DNA of 64,000 nt from Heterodontus francisci. Its lineage: Eukaryota. The translations under genes and the position numbers were made by a program. Shown here one piece after another: positions 51,133-64,000 of this stretch. The notes under the pieces were generated by a model that saw only the letters and a list, made by a program, of their open reading frames with translations, did no database searches and had not been told where the DNA came from. How positions within the stretch are numbered: position 1 is the first letter of the stretch; each line of letters opens with the position of its first letter. Where the stretch lies: assembly GCF_036365525.1 (NCBI RefSeq), contig NC_090376.1, positions 104,019,924 through 104,083,923 of the forward strand, written 5' to 3'.

Positions 51133-52627
51133 AGACTGGATTTTATGGGCCACTCTGAGGCGAGGTCGGAGGTGGGGGAGGCCGATAGAATCGCAATGGG
51201 TGGCGGGGACGGAGGGCTGGTTGCCGTCTGTCACCAAGTGATCTTACCGGGGGAGGGAGAGGCCGACTGTGGCATTCCTGCCCAGAGGCCAATTGAGGTC
51301 CTTAAGTGGCCTATTAATGGCCACTTAAGGGCGTCTTCCCATCGCCACTGGGATCTAACCAGCGACGGGGTATGCCTCTGCCACACGGGGAAGGCACCTT
51401 GTGGACAATCTGTGACCCACCAAGGGCCCTGGCCTGCAAACAATGCACCTCTCACGGCCTACCTACGACAGGCTTTATGAACACCCTACCCACCCACCCA
51501 CAGCCTCCCTCGCTGTGGCCTACCAGACTGGCGCCAGTGACCCCACCTCACTTACCTGAGATGAGGGGTTCCAGTGCTAGGCCTCGGTCCAAGGCCTCTG
51601 CAATACCGCAGTGTCCACCATTTCCTGTGGTGCTGCCAACGATACTGCTGAGCTGCCAGCCCTGTGATTGGCTGGCAGCTCTTAGAGGCGGGATCTTTGT
51701 CTTTAAAGAGATGGGGATCCCAGAACGGGACACTTAGGCGGATTTTGTTTCCAGCCCGACATCGGGTTTCGTGACAGGCAGGTTGGAGAATTGCAGCTGC
51801 AGTGGCTGCTGCGGAACCCGATGCCGGAATTGCCGGGCATGATCTTCCCAGCGGTGGGGAAGCTCCGGGGTGGCCCCTCTGCCACTCTGCAATGGGACCC
51901 TGGATTAAATATTTAAAATACCTATCTGCATACATTACCACATCATCCGTCGCGATCTTCCCATCCTTCCCAATCTTCAGGGTAACGTACGGCACTCACG
52001 CACCTTTGCTTTCCCATCCAGTAGAAGCTGGCATCACCAAGGAGGGGAAGGGGTCGCTGCTGCATTTTGAGAATAGATGGGGGTGGGGAAGGGGTCAACT
52101 TTGCACGGTGTGTGAGGATAAGTGGGGGGGAAGGGGCAACTCCATATTGTGTGTAAGGATAAGGAGGGCAAGGGACAACTCTGCAATATTTTGTGGATAT
52201 GGGGAACAACTCTGCACTATTTAATTTATGGGGTGGAGGGGTCAACTCTGCCTTATTTTGAACTGTTTGCAGGGCTGGATACCTTTAAAAATGGCGCCAG
52301 CATCTGCTCCAGCATCAGGTGATGCTGTGAACAGCATAGCTAATGCTGCCCTCGCCAGAACATTGTGGGGAGCGTCCACCGTCAATATGTTAAGTGGCTG
52401 CCCGTTGCATAATCATGGTGGCGCGGCTCCCATGCGGGGCTGCCACCATTTTCTGCACCTGCCGCTGCTCCCAGCAGCAGGACAACAAAATCCAGTCCTC
52501 AACCTTCAAAACACTGGAAGATCACTTCAGGGGTTGGGGGGTGTGGAAAATGAAAAGGCTGAGGTGGAGCTCCCCCCCGCTGTTTCAGTCAGCGCCGGGA
52601 GACCCGCCTCCTCCACAAAATCCAGCC
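51133..52627. mobile_element. Harbinger-type MITE with a second MITE (51737-52498) nested inside
   Basis: Outer ends agactggatttt / aaaatccagcc; inner ends ggcggattttgtt / aacaaaatccagtcc with flanks tta/tca. Confidence 0.7.
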
Positions 52628-52928
52628 AGGATATCGACTATGAAATTGTGAAAAAAATGTACAGAGCAACACTGGGTCTAAAACAATGCAGAGCAACACT
52701 GGGCGGAATCTTGTGACTGCTGAGGCATTCCTGACGGTGGGACCAGAAAAGTTCTTGTGTTTCCCATGCGATTTTGTATTTAAATTAGCCATGCGGCGAC
52801 AGACACGGGGAACAGGTGGGATCATGCAATGGGGGAGGCCTTTCGCTCTCAACAGCTTTGGAAACCATTGAAGACACATGAATGCCAACAGACAAAATTC
52901 TCCTACAGTGAACAAGGTTTAAGAAGAA

Positions 52929-53117
52929 CAAAAGAAAATACTGCGGATGCTGGAAATCTGAAATAAAAACAAGAAATGCTGGAAATCCTCAGCAGGTCTG
53001 GCAGCATCTGTGGAGAGAGAAGCAGAGTTAACATTTCAGGTTCTAAAGAAGGGTCACTGACCTGAAACGTTAACTCTGCTTCTCTCTCCACAGATGCTGC
53101 CAGACCAGCTGAAGGGG
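52929..53117. mobile_element. Penelope-derived inverted-repeat mini-element in the 5' LTR
   Basis: TSD taagaagaa (52920-52928, 53118-53126); absent from the 3' LTR (single taagaagaa at ~57407). Arms ~52990-53040 and 53061-53111. Confidence 0.88.
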
Positions 53118-56100
53118 TAAGAAGAATACTGGGCCCCAAAGAAAAGCAAGAATTACCTACAAGCAAGAACTACCTCCAAAAGGACTACAGTGAGCTTGAA
53201 GCACAGTCACAAGAAAGTCTTCTGATATTGCCTCAAACCTCTCGACTTTATTTTTTTCTTCTGCTCTTTTCTGTCTCTATTTGCATGTGTGTATTGCATA
53301 TGCATGCTAGTGTGGTGCATGGCATGTATCGGTAGGCGTTAACTAAATTAGAGTTTAAGTTTAAATTTTAATAAATTTCACTTTTCTTCTTTAAACCGAA
53401 GAAGACCTGTTTGTGCTCATTTCTTTGCCTTATAATTGGAAAGCGGTGAACAAGTATTCACCAAGGGGGAGCTGAAAACACGGTGTGTTTAAATTAAATC
53501 CTGTTACAATAAGACCAGGTGAAGGCTGAAAGAGAACCCTAGACATCTTCCTCAACTGGTCATAACAGAAATTTGGGTTCCAGCATCCGGAATTTGACCC
53601 ACAGACAAACAAGAGAAATTGGAAGTGGGAAACCAAATTGTTCCCAAAATAAAAGAGCAATGTTTTAACACAGGTTTTCTTGAGGTTGTGTGTGATTGAA
53701 TACTAACATGTCTGCAACTGAAGCGCAGGATGGAGTAACTTGGGATAAGTTAAAAGCACTGTCTATGGAGGAGATGAGAAAAATGGCTGAACAGTGTGGG
53801 ATCACTGTACGTGGCAAGGCTAGGAAGTCTCAACTCCTAAGGCTAGTGGCCAACCATTTTCCCTTGAATCTGAAGAAGTAGAAACAGGCTTAGAAGCAGA
53901 ATCCGACAGGGTATTGTTAGCAAAGGTACAATTGGAACAGAGGAAACTTGAATTAGAAGAAAGAGAAAAAGAGAGAGGCAGGAGAGGGAGAAAGAGAAAG
54001 CCTTCCATAAGGAACGGGATGAGAAAGAGAGAGCCTTCCAAAAGGAACAAGAAGAAAATGAAATGCAGGAGAGAGAGAAAGAAAGACAGGAGAAGGAATG
54101 ATAGAGAGAGGAAAGGGAGAAAGAAAGAATATTCCGGAAAGAATGTGACGCAAGTTGAAGCAGCTTGAGCTAACTGAGGGCAACAGAGTAACCCCAGTGA
54201 AAGCACAGCCAATATGGAGGAGCGTAATTCAGGGCTGGGTACAAAATTGCTAAAACTCACTCAACTAATTCCAGAATTTAATGAGGAAGATGTGGAAGCA
54301 CTTTTTGTATCTTTTGAGAAACTGCCAAAGGCAGCTAAAATGGCCAGCTGAGACCTGGTCTATTTTAATACAAAGCAAGCTAACTGGAAAAGCCATGAGA
54401 TTTATTCCTTGTTGCCAGATGAGAGTTCATCAAATTATGAACTGATCAAAAATGCTATCCTCAGGGCATATGAATTAGTACTCCAAGCCTACCACCAAAT
54501 GTTTAGAACCCTCACAAAACAAGCTAATCAAACTTATCTGGAGTTTGAAAGAAGTAAGCAGCTGGCTTTTGACCAATGGCTGAGGGCTCTTAAAATACAG
54601 CTCAGCTATGAGACTCTCAGAGAAGTAATTCTGTTAGAGGAATTTAAAAACTCTCTCCCACGCTCCATAAAGACACATGTCAAGGAGCAGCGGATTCAGG
54701 GAGCCTGGCAAGCGGCCGTTCTGGCCGATGAGTTTGCTTTAATTTATAAGTCGGTTTCCCAGGGAAGAACCTTTCCTAATCACCCCCACAAATCCAAAAA
54801 GGACAAAGGTAGGGAAGGAGATCTCCGGCGAAGCAGTCCTGGGAGCAAAAGGAAATTAGGAGACACAAGGGGCCCTCCTCCAGCCAAAAAGGAAGGCGCT
54901 GTGAGCAAGAGTGAGACCTGGAGACCTGTGTGCTTCCATTGTAATAAGGCAGGGTATTTAAAAGCTGACTGCTGAAAACTAAAGGGGAAACCGGTAGGGT
55001 TAATCAGGCCACACCCGCTCAGTAAAGACGGGACCTGATGGAAAGTCCAGCAGAACGAGCTGTGGCTTTAACTGCAGTAAGAGTGCAATGCAGTAAGCTT
55101 ACAATGACCAGTGCAGGAAAAGTTAATAGGATTCCTGAAGGTAATCAGGGTTTTTTGTCTGAAGGGAAAGTAACCCCATACCCCTCGGGTGGGGCAAGCA
55201 AGCCCATAGTGAGTCTCAGGGACACAGGGACCAGTAGATCCCTTTTACTGGGAAATGGCCTGACCTTTCCCGCAGAGAGTACAGTGAACACCAAAATGGT
55301 GGTGAATGGCATTGGAGGGTGGAGTATGCCTATACCTGTACACAGGGTGCACCTAGAGTGTGAATCCGTTTCGGGACCAGTGACCGTAGGGATTGTCTCT
55401 AGTTTGCCTGTGGATGGGATTGACCTGTTCCTATGTAATGATCTGGCGAGGGTGAAGGTGGTAGCCCCCACAGTAGTGAAAGAAAGACCGCAGGAGGTCA
55501 GAGAGACAGGGTGGTGGCAGGAGATGGTTCCTGCAGTTTCCCTGAATGTGTAGTGGATCAAGCCATGATCAAACCAGCTCTCCCAGAGGAGACTGCATTG
55601 GCACTGCAGGCAGATGACCATGAGGCCTGCCAGTCTGAGACTTTCTTTGGAAAGTTAGGAAACCCAGGGAATTAATTAAATGGATTTTCCCTAGGTGAGG
55701 CTCAGCGTGCCGACCCAGTTTTGCGAGAGTTAGCACAGGCTGCCCAGTCTGAAAGTGAAGCAGATGGAGTCCCTGATTGCTACTATTTAAAGAATAGGGT
55801 ACTGATGAGGAAATGGAGTTCTCCTCACAGACCTGAAAGCAAGGAGAGGACAGTCGTTCACCAGTTAGTGGTGCCACAGAAATACTGGGGAGAAATATTA
55901 AGAAGGGCCCATGAGACTACAGTGGCTGTACTTGCCGGTATACGAAAGACCAATGCCTGCATAAGACAACGGTTTGACTGGCCAACACTCCATAAAGATG
56001 TGGTGGAGTACTGCAGGAGTTGCCACATGTGCCAGGTTGAGGGAAATCCCAACCTACAGTGAAACCTGTACCTGTAAGTCCTGGACCGGTGTTAGGAGGA

Positions 56101-56913
56101 TCCTCCAGCAGTGGGCTGGTGAACTGTAAGAGACCCCGCCGAGAACAAAAGGGGACAGGCAGGCACACGGCTGGCAAAAGTTTTGAAAGAGAAGGGAACA
56201 AAGTGACTAAGAGGGCAGATTAAAGGAAGTCTGGAAGGAATCCTGGATGGAAACCTCTACTGTCTGGTCAGCTAACCCTGAGAAATTTAAAAAGTTAGAC
56301 CCCACATCCTCCTATGTAAATGCAGACTCTAGAAGCACTCCACCAAAGTTGTTAACAGCATTTACAGGAACTTACCAAGACAAAGAGAGACTTCTAGAGG
56401 GCACAGAAACCATAAGGGTGATGCATCACCTTGCCAAAGTGTCACAGGAGAGTGCAGTGAAGTCTGCACAAATAGCTGCAGGTAGGAGTGTCCCAGAGCA
56501 TAAAGGGGAGATTAACAAAGAATCCTCCCTTACAGTCTGAGCAAAAGGGAACCACCCATCCCCTGAAGCCAAAGCACTGAAAGAGAGTTCAGGATTGACC
56601 TGCCCACAACTACGTTTCCTGGAAAAAACATTACCTCAATAGGACCAAAATGCTAGGCAGTCATGGGAATGGGCAAACTGAAGAAAAGCTTTCCCAAAGA
56701 ACCACATGGCTACTGGAATGACAAAAAAGGGAAAATTAAAGCAGCAATGGTACCCAGAAAAGATATTTCTAATAGGCTTCAAGATTGCTGAATAATTGGA
56801 AATGAATGAGAGAAATGCATGGATTTCCTTTCTGCATCTTATATTTCTCTCAAACCTTTTAATGAAATGCGCCTTTTTTTTCAAATCGCATTTCATTCCC
56901 CTGGGTGTGTAGG

Positions 56914-57846
56914 TGTCATGCAGGCCCCCACCTGCCAAGAATGAGACACATATTTCACCACATGAACATTAAAACTTAAAATTGTTGCTGGGATGAAAAG
57001 AGGGCCTATCACAAGGAGTTGCTAAGCCCTTGACTGGAAAGACATTTGCATAGGAACAGACAGTACTTGGAAAGGAAAAAGGGGTCACCTCCTGACACAT
57101 TCAATCCACAATGGCTTTTTGATTACCAGACATTGAGGGTAGAGGGACTCGCATTCCAGGTTAACTGCTAAAATGGCCGAATACACAAACAGACGTGGTC
57201 AGACCAGTTTAATCACATGACTAACTGGCTGTTGGAGGTTTTTGAATTTGAACCTGCCACAGCGTGTTTGAAAGTCAGAAAGCTGTTTACTCCTGGACTG
57301 AAAAGACCTCTCTCCTGTCTGCTCTCTTCTCGTTCTTAACAGCTTCAGAAACCATCGAAGACATATGAACACCAAGAGAGAAAGGTTTCCAACAGTGAAC
57401 AAGGTTTAAGAAGAATACTGGGCCCCAACGAAAAGCAAGAATTACCTACAAGCAAGAACTACCTCCAAAAGGACTACAGTGAGCTCGAGGCACAGTAACA
57501 AGAAACTCTTCTGATATTGCCTCAAACTTCTCCACTTTATTTTTTCTTCTGCTGTTTTCTGTCTCTATTTGCATGTGCGTATCGTGTATGCTAGAGTGGG
57601 GCGTGGCATGTATCGTAGGCATTAACCGAATTAGAGTTCAAGTTTAAGTTTTAATAAATTTCACTTTTCTTCATTAATCCTAAGAAGGCCTGTTTGTGCT
57701 CATTTCTTTGCCTTATAATTGGAAAGCGGTGAACAAGGATTCACCAAGTGGAGCTAAAAACACTGTGTTTAAATTAAATCTGTTACAATAAGACCAGGTG
57801 AAGGCTGAAAGAGACCTCTAGACACCTTTCTCACCTGGTTGTAACC
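56914..57846 (+). repeat. 3' LTR of the Gmr1-like element
   Basis: tgtcatg...gtaac; 57335-57846 aligns with 52848-53567. Confidence 0.85.
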
Positions 57847-60769
57847 TGCCACCGCACACAGCCAGCCTCATCAAATCAGCCACTACACACCCTGGATGCT
57901 GCCCTCCTCCCTCCCCGCTCCTCCATGCATCCGAGACCCCACCCTGTCCTGCCTGACTATCCTTCACTGCTCATTCATGTACCCGAGACCCCACTCTTCC
58001 TTCCCTGACTACCCTCCCCGCTCCTCCATGTTGTCCCCACCCATGCCGTCGCTGCCATCCCCTGAGATGATTCACCCCTGCTGATACTGAGCCTGGAGGC
58101 AAGCATCCATTCCAGTGCTGGCGTGGAGGTAAACATTCAGTGCAATGCTGGCCTGGAGAAGAATATCCATTCCAATGCTGGCATTAGTTTAGTAGCTGAG
58201 TGAAAGAGAGAAGAGCACACTCTTGAGACTCAATTGCACAAATCTGAGTGTTTCACACCACGTTGAAGCATTCGTGAACCAGGTGGCATGGGACTATCAG
58301 TCACCATTCAGTTAAGCTGGCAGATAGGACTAAATGCGTAGGGTATTGAGTATTCATGGCATGTAAATGAATGCAAAGCTACAATCTGCCATCGCGCTTG
58401 GGGAACCCCAGAACACTGCAAACCCGCCAACGACTTAATTCCTCTAAAATATCCCCCATGAGGAATCTGAAAAAACACCTCCTGCCTAATTATATCACTT
58501 GCATTGCCACCAAATCTGCGGTGGACTGCATAAAATTCCCCCCACTGGATCTAAAACAATAACAGTCAGACCTTTGGGGTCTGAATTCATCAACGTCCTA
58601 AACCAGATGCCATTCCAGCAGCTCGCCAGAATGCAGAAGCCAAAGGACCAAAGCAAATTTGTTCTCATTAGAATAAATCAGGTGAGCTGCACAATCCAAT
58701 CTGGCACACCGACAGAACTCGCTTATGGAGTTTTTACCAATTTACCCCACGTCAAGGCTCAGCTGTAGTTTTGGGAAAAGGAGAGATGTGTGAAAAGGGG
58801 AGGCTAGAGTAGGCTGGTATCTTCTGGAGCAGGTTTTTGGGCCTTTTTTGAGCAGCCTCCAGTGGTCGCTTTAAGGATCACCAATTAGGCTGCTCGAGAT
58901 CCCGAAATGGCAGTGAACAGATTTAGGAGTCCAGGTCTGAAATGAGCGCAGGAATCTCATTTTGACATTTAACTGAGCCCTGCTCTCACTTCATACATAC
59001 CCTGGGTCACCTGACAAAGAAACAAGCCCTGATTCATTTCTAGTCACCTAAAAGGCCATGCAGATTGGGTGCTGGCCTCTGCACTACGAAATTGATTGTT
59101 GTCATGCACAGCAAAGGCATGTCCTATTCATAAATTTAAACCTGGACTGTAAGCACAGAATCATCTGGAATTGAATTTTATTTTTTTTAAATGAACCAAA
59201 ATGGACATAAAAATGCTGCAATAAGATGGTTGCCGAGGTTCAGGTGACTTTTTCAATTTTGGCCCGAGACTCAGAAGTATCTCAAGTATCCGGCAGGTTC
59301 CTAATTGAATGATCATGGGTGGAGTGCCTCCCTTGGATGGATGTACCAATATGAAACCATTTATGGAATTCACACCTCCTATTGTTTGTGGTCCTACCCA
59401 AAATGCACTGTCTATGGACTCCTAGACTCACTGTCTCTGAGCTCAAAATTTTAGACAGCTGTAAGAAACCAGTTAAATCATAATTAGATGTAAATGGCCA
59501 CCATCCATCCCCCATTGTGTAGCCATGGCTTCGAACTTCAAATCATTCTGGGTGGACAATAGGAGTATTGATCAGGTGGTCTCATGATCGAAACTAAACA
59601 CAACTCGCAGATCTTATTACTCCAAGCACCAGGGAGAGGGCAGATAACCTGAATGGCCAATATCAGTTGAAAGTTGTCTGTATCGTATAACGATATTACG
59701 TTGAAAGTGCACATTTGCTAACAGGTAATAGTTTTGGCTTATACATAAATTAGTTAATCTGGAGCACAATTTTACAGATGGTAACTAAACATTTTATAAC
59801 TGAATAACACATGCAGTAACAACCACTCTACTTTTTGCAGAAAAGCTTTTTGTTAATAATTATCTTGTCAGAGATGATACATAATCGATAGTGATAGACT
59901 GAGATATAGATATGTGAATTTAAGAGAATTGCTTTATTGAAGAAACTGAAGGGTGTTCTTTATTTGTAATTATGTATGTTTAATTTTGTCACTAGCTTTG
60001 GTGAGCAAATGACATTTTGTCCATCAGAAGTTCTGTTGTTTCTGAATTTTAGAATCCAGGTCCCAGCTTAACAGCCTGTCAAGATGAATAAACTAGTCTT
60101 GGCTACCTACCGTTAATCTCTCTGTCCCTTCCTGTCCCACTCTGCTTTTTCTGTGTATGACTCTTCTGAAGTACTATCTGCTCCATCCTATAAAATTCTT
60201 CTTATTTGGAGATCACTGTCCTTTTGTCGGCTGCCCTGTCTTCAGACACATATTACAAGCAGGTGGAGAAATTGCACAAACATTGGCCATCACAGGTTAA
60301 ATTGTCTTGTGACAATAGCAGTGTGAAAAATGGTCTGTCTTCCTATTACCGATTATTTTTACTGCCTCACCTCAATAACCATAGTAACAATCCTCTCCTT
60401 GAGTTTCATGGTTTATTGGATGAATTTGCACTCCTGACACAGTGTCAGAGGTCATCCAATAAAATACATCTACCACCCTGTGACACGGTGTAGGCTAGCT
60501 CTATTCTGTGAACAAAAGTAATTTGCAATGGCATTGCATACTATTTTGTTTGCTAGCTAGCTAATACAGTTGTGCTGCTCTCCATTGATATTTGTATGCT
60601 TAGCTACTTTATTTATAGGGAGAAATGTGTTTTAAATCGGACTGTGATTTGATGGCATTAGGTTGGCTATACACTTTATATAAAGATTAATTTTCTTTAA
60701 TGTCCATGGCTGAGTCAATAATTTTGTCAAATGTCCATTGTGCAATATGTCGGTGCCTATCCCTGGACA

Positions 60770-60960
60770 CAGAGCCCTCCAGGTTCTCAAAGGCAACAGT
60801 GAAAATACTGCTGGCCCAACTGAGGCAAAGGAGGGAGGCCCTTTTTGCAACCGATAACGGTTGCCAAAGGAATGTACTCAGACCCACTTGAAGGAGGTGA
60901 TGAAGGCAATTGGAAACAACTCACATCATGATTTAGTGCCACATATGAGGCAAGGCAAGG
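60770..60960 (+). pseudogene. Harbinger Myb/SANT exon remnant
   Basis: PSRFSKATVKILLAQLRQRREALFATDNG resembles the other Myb exon 1 copies. Confidence 0.5.
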
Positions 60961-61349
60961 AGAGTATGCCATATCTTCTAAAAGGCACCATACTAAGCAT
61001 ATCTGCCACTTAAAATGACCTCCCTTTACAGTGCTTCAAGAAGGCTGGTGATGAACAGGGTCCCACTCTGCTATCATCGGTTCCCATGAGATGGCAAGGG
61101 AGCCTTTTACATCTTTGCCTTTGTCTAGAAGTGCTCCTTTACTAAACACTATGCAATGCCCAACTCCCAATCTCAGAATTCAGCTCCCACCAGAAATGAA
61201 ACTGAGGCTTGATCATCCTAAAAGGCATAATTACAAATTCATACGACCTCATGGCTGCCAGAAATGCAGTACATGATATAGCTTCCTTGCTTGGCAGAAC
61301 AGACCAGTTCCATTTATTGGATCATATACATTCGTACACCTTATTTTCA

Positions 61350-61854
61350 GCTTATACACACTACTGAGTCAGCGGCGCTTGAGATGGCTTGGCCATGTGA
61401 GCCGCATGGAAGATGGCAGGATCCCCAAAGACACATTGTACAGCGAGCTCGCCACTGGTATCAGAGCTACCGGCCGTCCATGTCTCCGTTATAAAGACGT
61501 CTGCAAACGCGACATGAAATCGTGTGACATTGATCACAAGTCGTGGGAGTCAGTTGCCAGCATTCGCCAGAGCTGGCGGGCAGCCATAAAGACAGGGCTA
61601 AATTGTGGCGAGTCGAAGAGACTTAGTAGTTGGCAGGAAAAAAGACAGAGGCGCAAGGGGAGAGCCAACTGTGCAACAGCCCCAACAAACAAATTTCTCT
61701 GCAGCACCTGTGGAAGAGCCTGTCACTCCAGAATTGGCCTTTATAGCCACTCCAGGCGCTGCTTCACAAACCACTGACCACCTCCAGGCGCGTATCCATT
61801 GTCTCTCGAGATAAGGAGGCCCAAAAAGAAAAAAAAAAAAAGAAAAAAAAAAGA
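61350..61854 (+). mobile_element. Young 5'-truncated RTE-clade LINE
   Basis: RLRWLGHVSRMEDGRIPKDTLYSEL..GRPCLRYKD, C-terminal CSTCGRACHSRIGLYSH, A-rich tail and TSD attttca (61343-61349, 61855-61861). Confidence 0.9.
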
Positions 61855-62018
61855 ATTTTCACAAGAAATTTCTTCAAATGAAACATTGGATATTTATTAG
61901 TCACTGACAGGTCATTTAATCTCTGGTAATTCATGCCATACCATATTGTCTTGTCATTCTTGAAATAAGCAATAGGGACAAAACCCAGGAGGTCTGTGTA
62001 GGAAAAATTGTCCCGTGC

Positions 62019-62620
62019 TCAAATAGCTCCTCCATTGGCTTCTCTCTGTGTTCCTATTTGTAGTTCAAGGGATTGAATACACACATTCCCTGACAGGGTT
62101 ATTCTCTTTACGCTCATCCTTTGCACACCTTGCCTATATAACCACTTTTCTGAGTACTGAAGCTGAAAATTTTGTAGGAGTTCCTCAACTTGCTGTCTCT
62201 GTTCTGGTGATAAGTGGGAAGCTATAGTAATCTTCAAGGAATCATCTTTGCTTGGAGCTACCACCTCAATGTTATAATCGTCCTTGCCTTCCTTCATCAA
62301 GACAGGACATAAAGGGTCACCTCCTCGCAGTCAAGGTAGCAATTCAACATTTTCACTGGAACGCTTGATATTTACACCACCATAAACGTATCTCAAACAC
62401 AATTTGCATTGCCGTGTTTCTCCAATACAGTATACAGAGCTTTTTGCTTTAGCTTACTGGCAGCAAATTAAAACCCTCTGTCCAACCTAGCATTACAGTT
62501 GTACCAGAGTTTGACATGGGTTTGTGTATGCTCAAAACATTCCTCAGCGTGTTCTTCCAAAGCAGACAAGTTCCATTTCAACTTCAGAATGTACTCCTCT
62601 ACCATTTTTCTCCAGACCAT
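62019..62620 (-). mobile_element. Probable degraded LTR-retrotransposon pol fragment
   Basis: SHLSPEQRQQVEELL and NVGQRVL resemble Gypsy integrase-tail and pre-RT linker motifs; heavily decayed. Confidence 0.35.
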
Positions 62621-63206
62621 GAAATTTTGATCGGTATCAATATGATTCTATTGGGGAGTGGGTCCAGTTGATTTGCTCTTGCAGGGAGCCAGCACAGACA
62701 CAACAAATGGCCTCCTTCTGTGCTGTAACTATTCTATGATTCTATGATTCTAATTGCCATCTGTACAGTAACTCAAACAGCAGGAACCACGTTGATTCCT
62801 GTGATACCAGGGAAATATTACAATAGCTGTTTGCCATGATGTGTCTGTTGGAGAGATAATGTGTCCTTCAGTGTGCCATTAAAAATTTCCAACTGTGCAT
62901 CCATTTGAGGATGATTATGGGGTGTTATGAAACAGATTAACATAGCACTGATCCCACAGCTATGGCCTATATTTTGCGGTTAGCAGCGAAGGAATGGTGC
63001 TCTCCCTTCATTGCACTTATAGCCATCTATAGGTTTTTACAGGCTTTTGAATGAGAATGTGCTGTTATTGAGCATATGATCCAGCACAGTGCCCTCTATG
63101 GGGGATCTGGCACCTGCGTGAACAGGGTAAGCCAACAGCGTGGTTCTACAACCAATCAGATTGAAGAATCTCACTGGGGCACATAGTGGGGAGTTTTGAA
63201 CTCACA

Positions 63207-63567
63207 GTGGCACAGTGGCGCAGTGGTTAGCACCGCAGCCTCACAGCTCCAGGGACCCGGGTTCGATTCCGGGTACTGCCTGTGTGGAGTTTGCAAGTTC
63301 TCCCTGTGTCTGCGTGGGTTTTCTCCGGGTGCTCCGGTTTCCTCCCACAAGCCAAAAGACTTGCAGGTTGATAGGTAAATTGGCCATTATAAATTGTCAC
63401 TAATATAGGTAGGTGGTAGGGAAATATAGGGACAGGTGGGGATGTTTGGGAATATGGGATTAGTGTAGGATTAGTATAAAATGGGTGGTTGATGTTCGGC
63501 ACAGACTCGGTGGGCCGAAGGGCCTGTTTCAGTGCTGTATCTCTAATCTAATCTAATCTAAAAAAAA
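63207..63567 (+). mobile_element. tRNA-derived V-SINE (HE1-like) with (TAATC)n tail
   Basis: A/B boxes (tggcgcagtgg, ggttcgattcc), V-domain and CR1-like 3' end; highly similar to 8311-8664. Confidence 0.92.
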
Positions 63568-64000
63568 TATATGGGTTTAGGTGAGGTGGGCGGGTTAAAT
63601 TGTTAAAAATCTGAATCTCGGTGCCAACCCGTCCACTTCCAGTTTTAACAGAGGTGGGACATGCTTGAGTGGCAAAGCTACTCCAAAAAGGTGGGTTGCC
63701 ACATTAAACATTATAATGAGGCTGCAAATCACATTTTTATTCACCATTTGAAATTTAGCCCTGGCCGGCCGGGTTTCCCAGGCCTCAGGAAACACACCAG
63801 CTGATCCAAGGTGAGGGACTGCTGGATCAAGAGATAAGTGCATTTCCAATTACCTGCTGAATACAGTGTGCCTGCCTGGCCAACCCTCAGTGATCAGACA
63901 CACCCTCAACACTTCTGATCTCCCCCACTAGGCCTCTGACCTGTCCCACCTTCAGGCCTCCAACCTCCCTCTCCCACCCCCAGGCCTCCAATCTCTCCCC

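Larger units (their letters stand above)
52848..57846 (+). mobile_element. Gmr1-like Gypsy LTR retrotransposon, internally deleted
   Basis: 5' LTR remnant ~52848-53567 matches the 3' LTR 56914-57846. SCAN-like capsid (LREVILLEEFKNSLP..AAVLADEF), knuckle CFHCNKAGYLKADC, protease LRDTGTS, then integrase zinc finger (AHET..YCRSCHMCQ) directly after the protease. Confidence 0.85.

Noticed and set aside
51145-52716. Cluster of 100-160 aa ORFs on both strands
   Set aside because: They lie within GC-rich non-coding MITEs where stop codons are rare, and have no domain motifs.
53914-54168. Highly basic, protamine-like ORF
   Set aside because: It is a frameshifted reading of the purine-rich coiled-coil region of the Gmr1-like gag.
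60246-60295. Possible small coding exon (TYYKQVEKLHKHWPSQ)
   Set aside because: Weak donor, no recognisable homology, and a phase that does not fit the candidate first exon.

Overview
This is eukaryotic, repeat-dominated DNA, almost certainly a cartilaginous fish (shark). The evidence is HE1-like V-SINEs, a SacSINE1-like DeuSINE and very abundant CR1 LINEs. No host protein-coding gene is clearly identifiable; the only hint is a promoter-like stretch and possible first exon near 30.7-31.4 kb. The window is a deeply nested set of transposable elements: several CR1 copies (one full-length, one very young with a nearly intact ORF2); a GalEa-type Ty1/copia element with tRNA-iMet PBS and 5-bp TSD; Gypsy and Gmr1-like LTR elements and solo LTRs; two degenerate two-gene PIF/Harbinger transposons (DDE nuclease plus spliced Myb/SANT gene) with many non-autonomous derivatives; a Neptune-type Penelope element; a young RTE 3' end; and a degraded spuma/Loki-like retroviral RT. 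The most notable signal is a family of about 100-200 bp Penelope-derived inserts. They carry a minimal type I hammerhead ribozyme motif, and several have long inverted repeats and 9-14 bp TSDs; one has its empty site preserved in the sister LTR. All calls come from manual reading; no searches were run.
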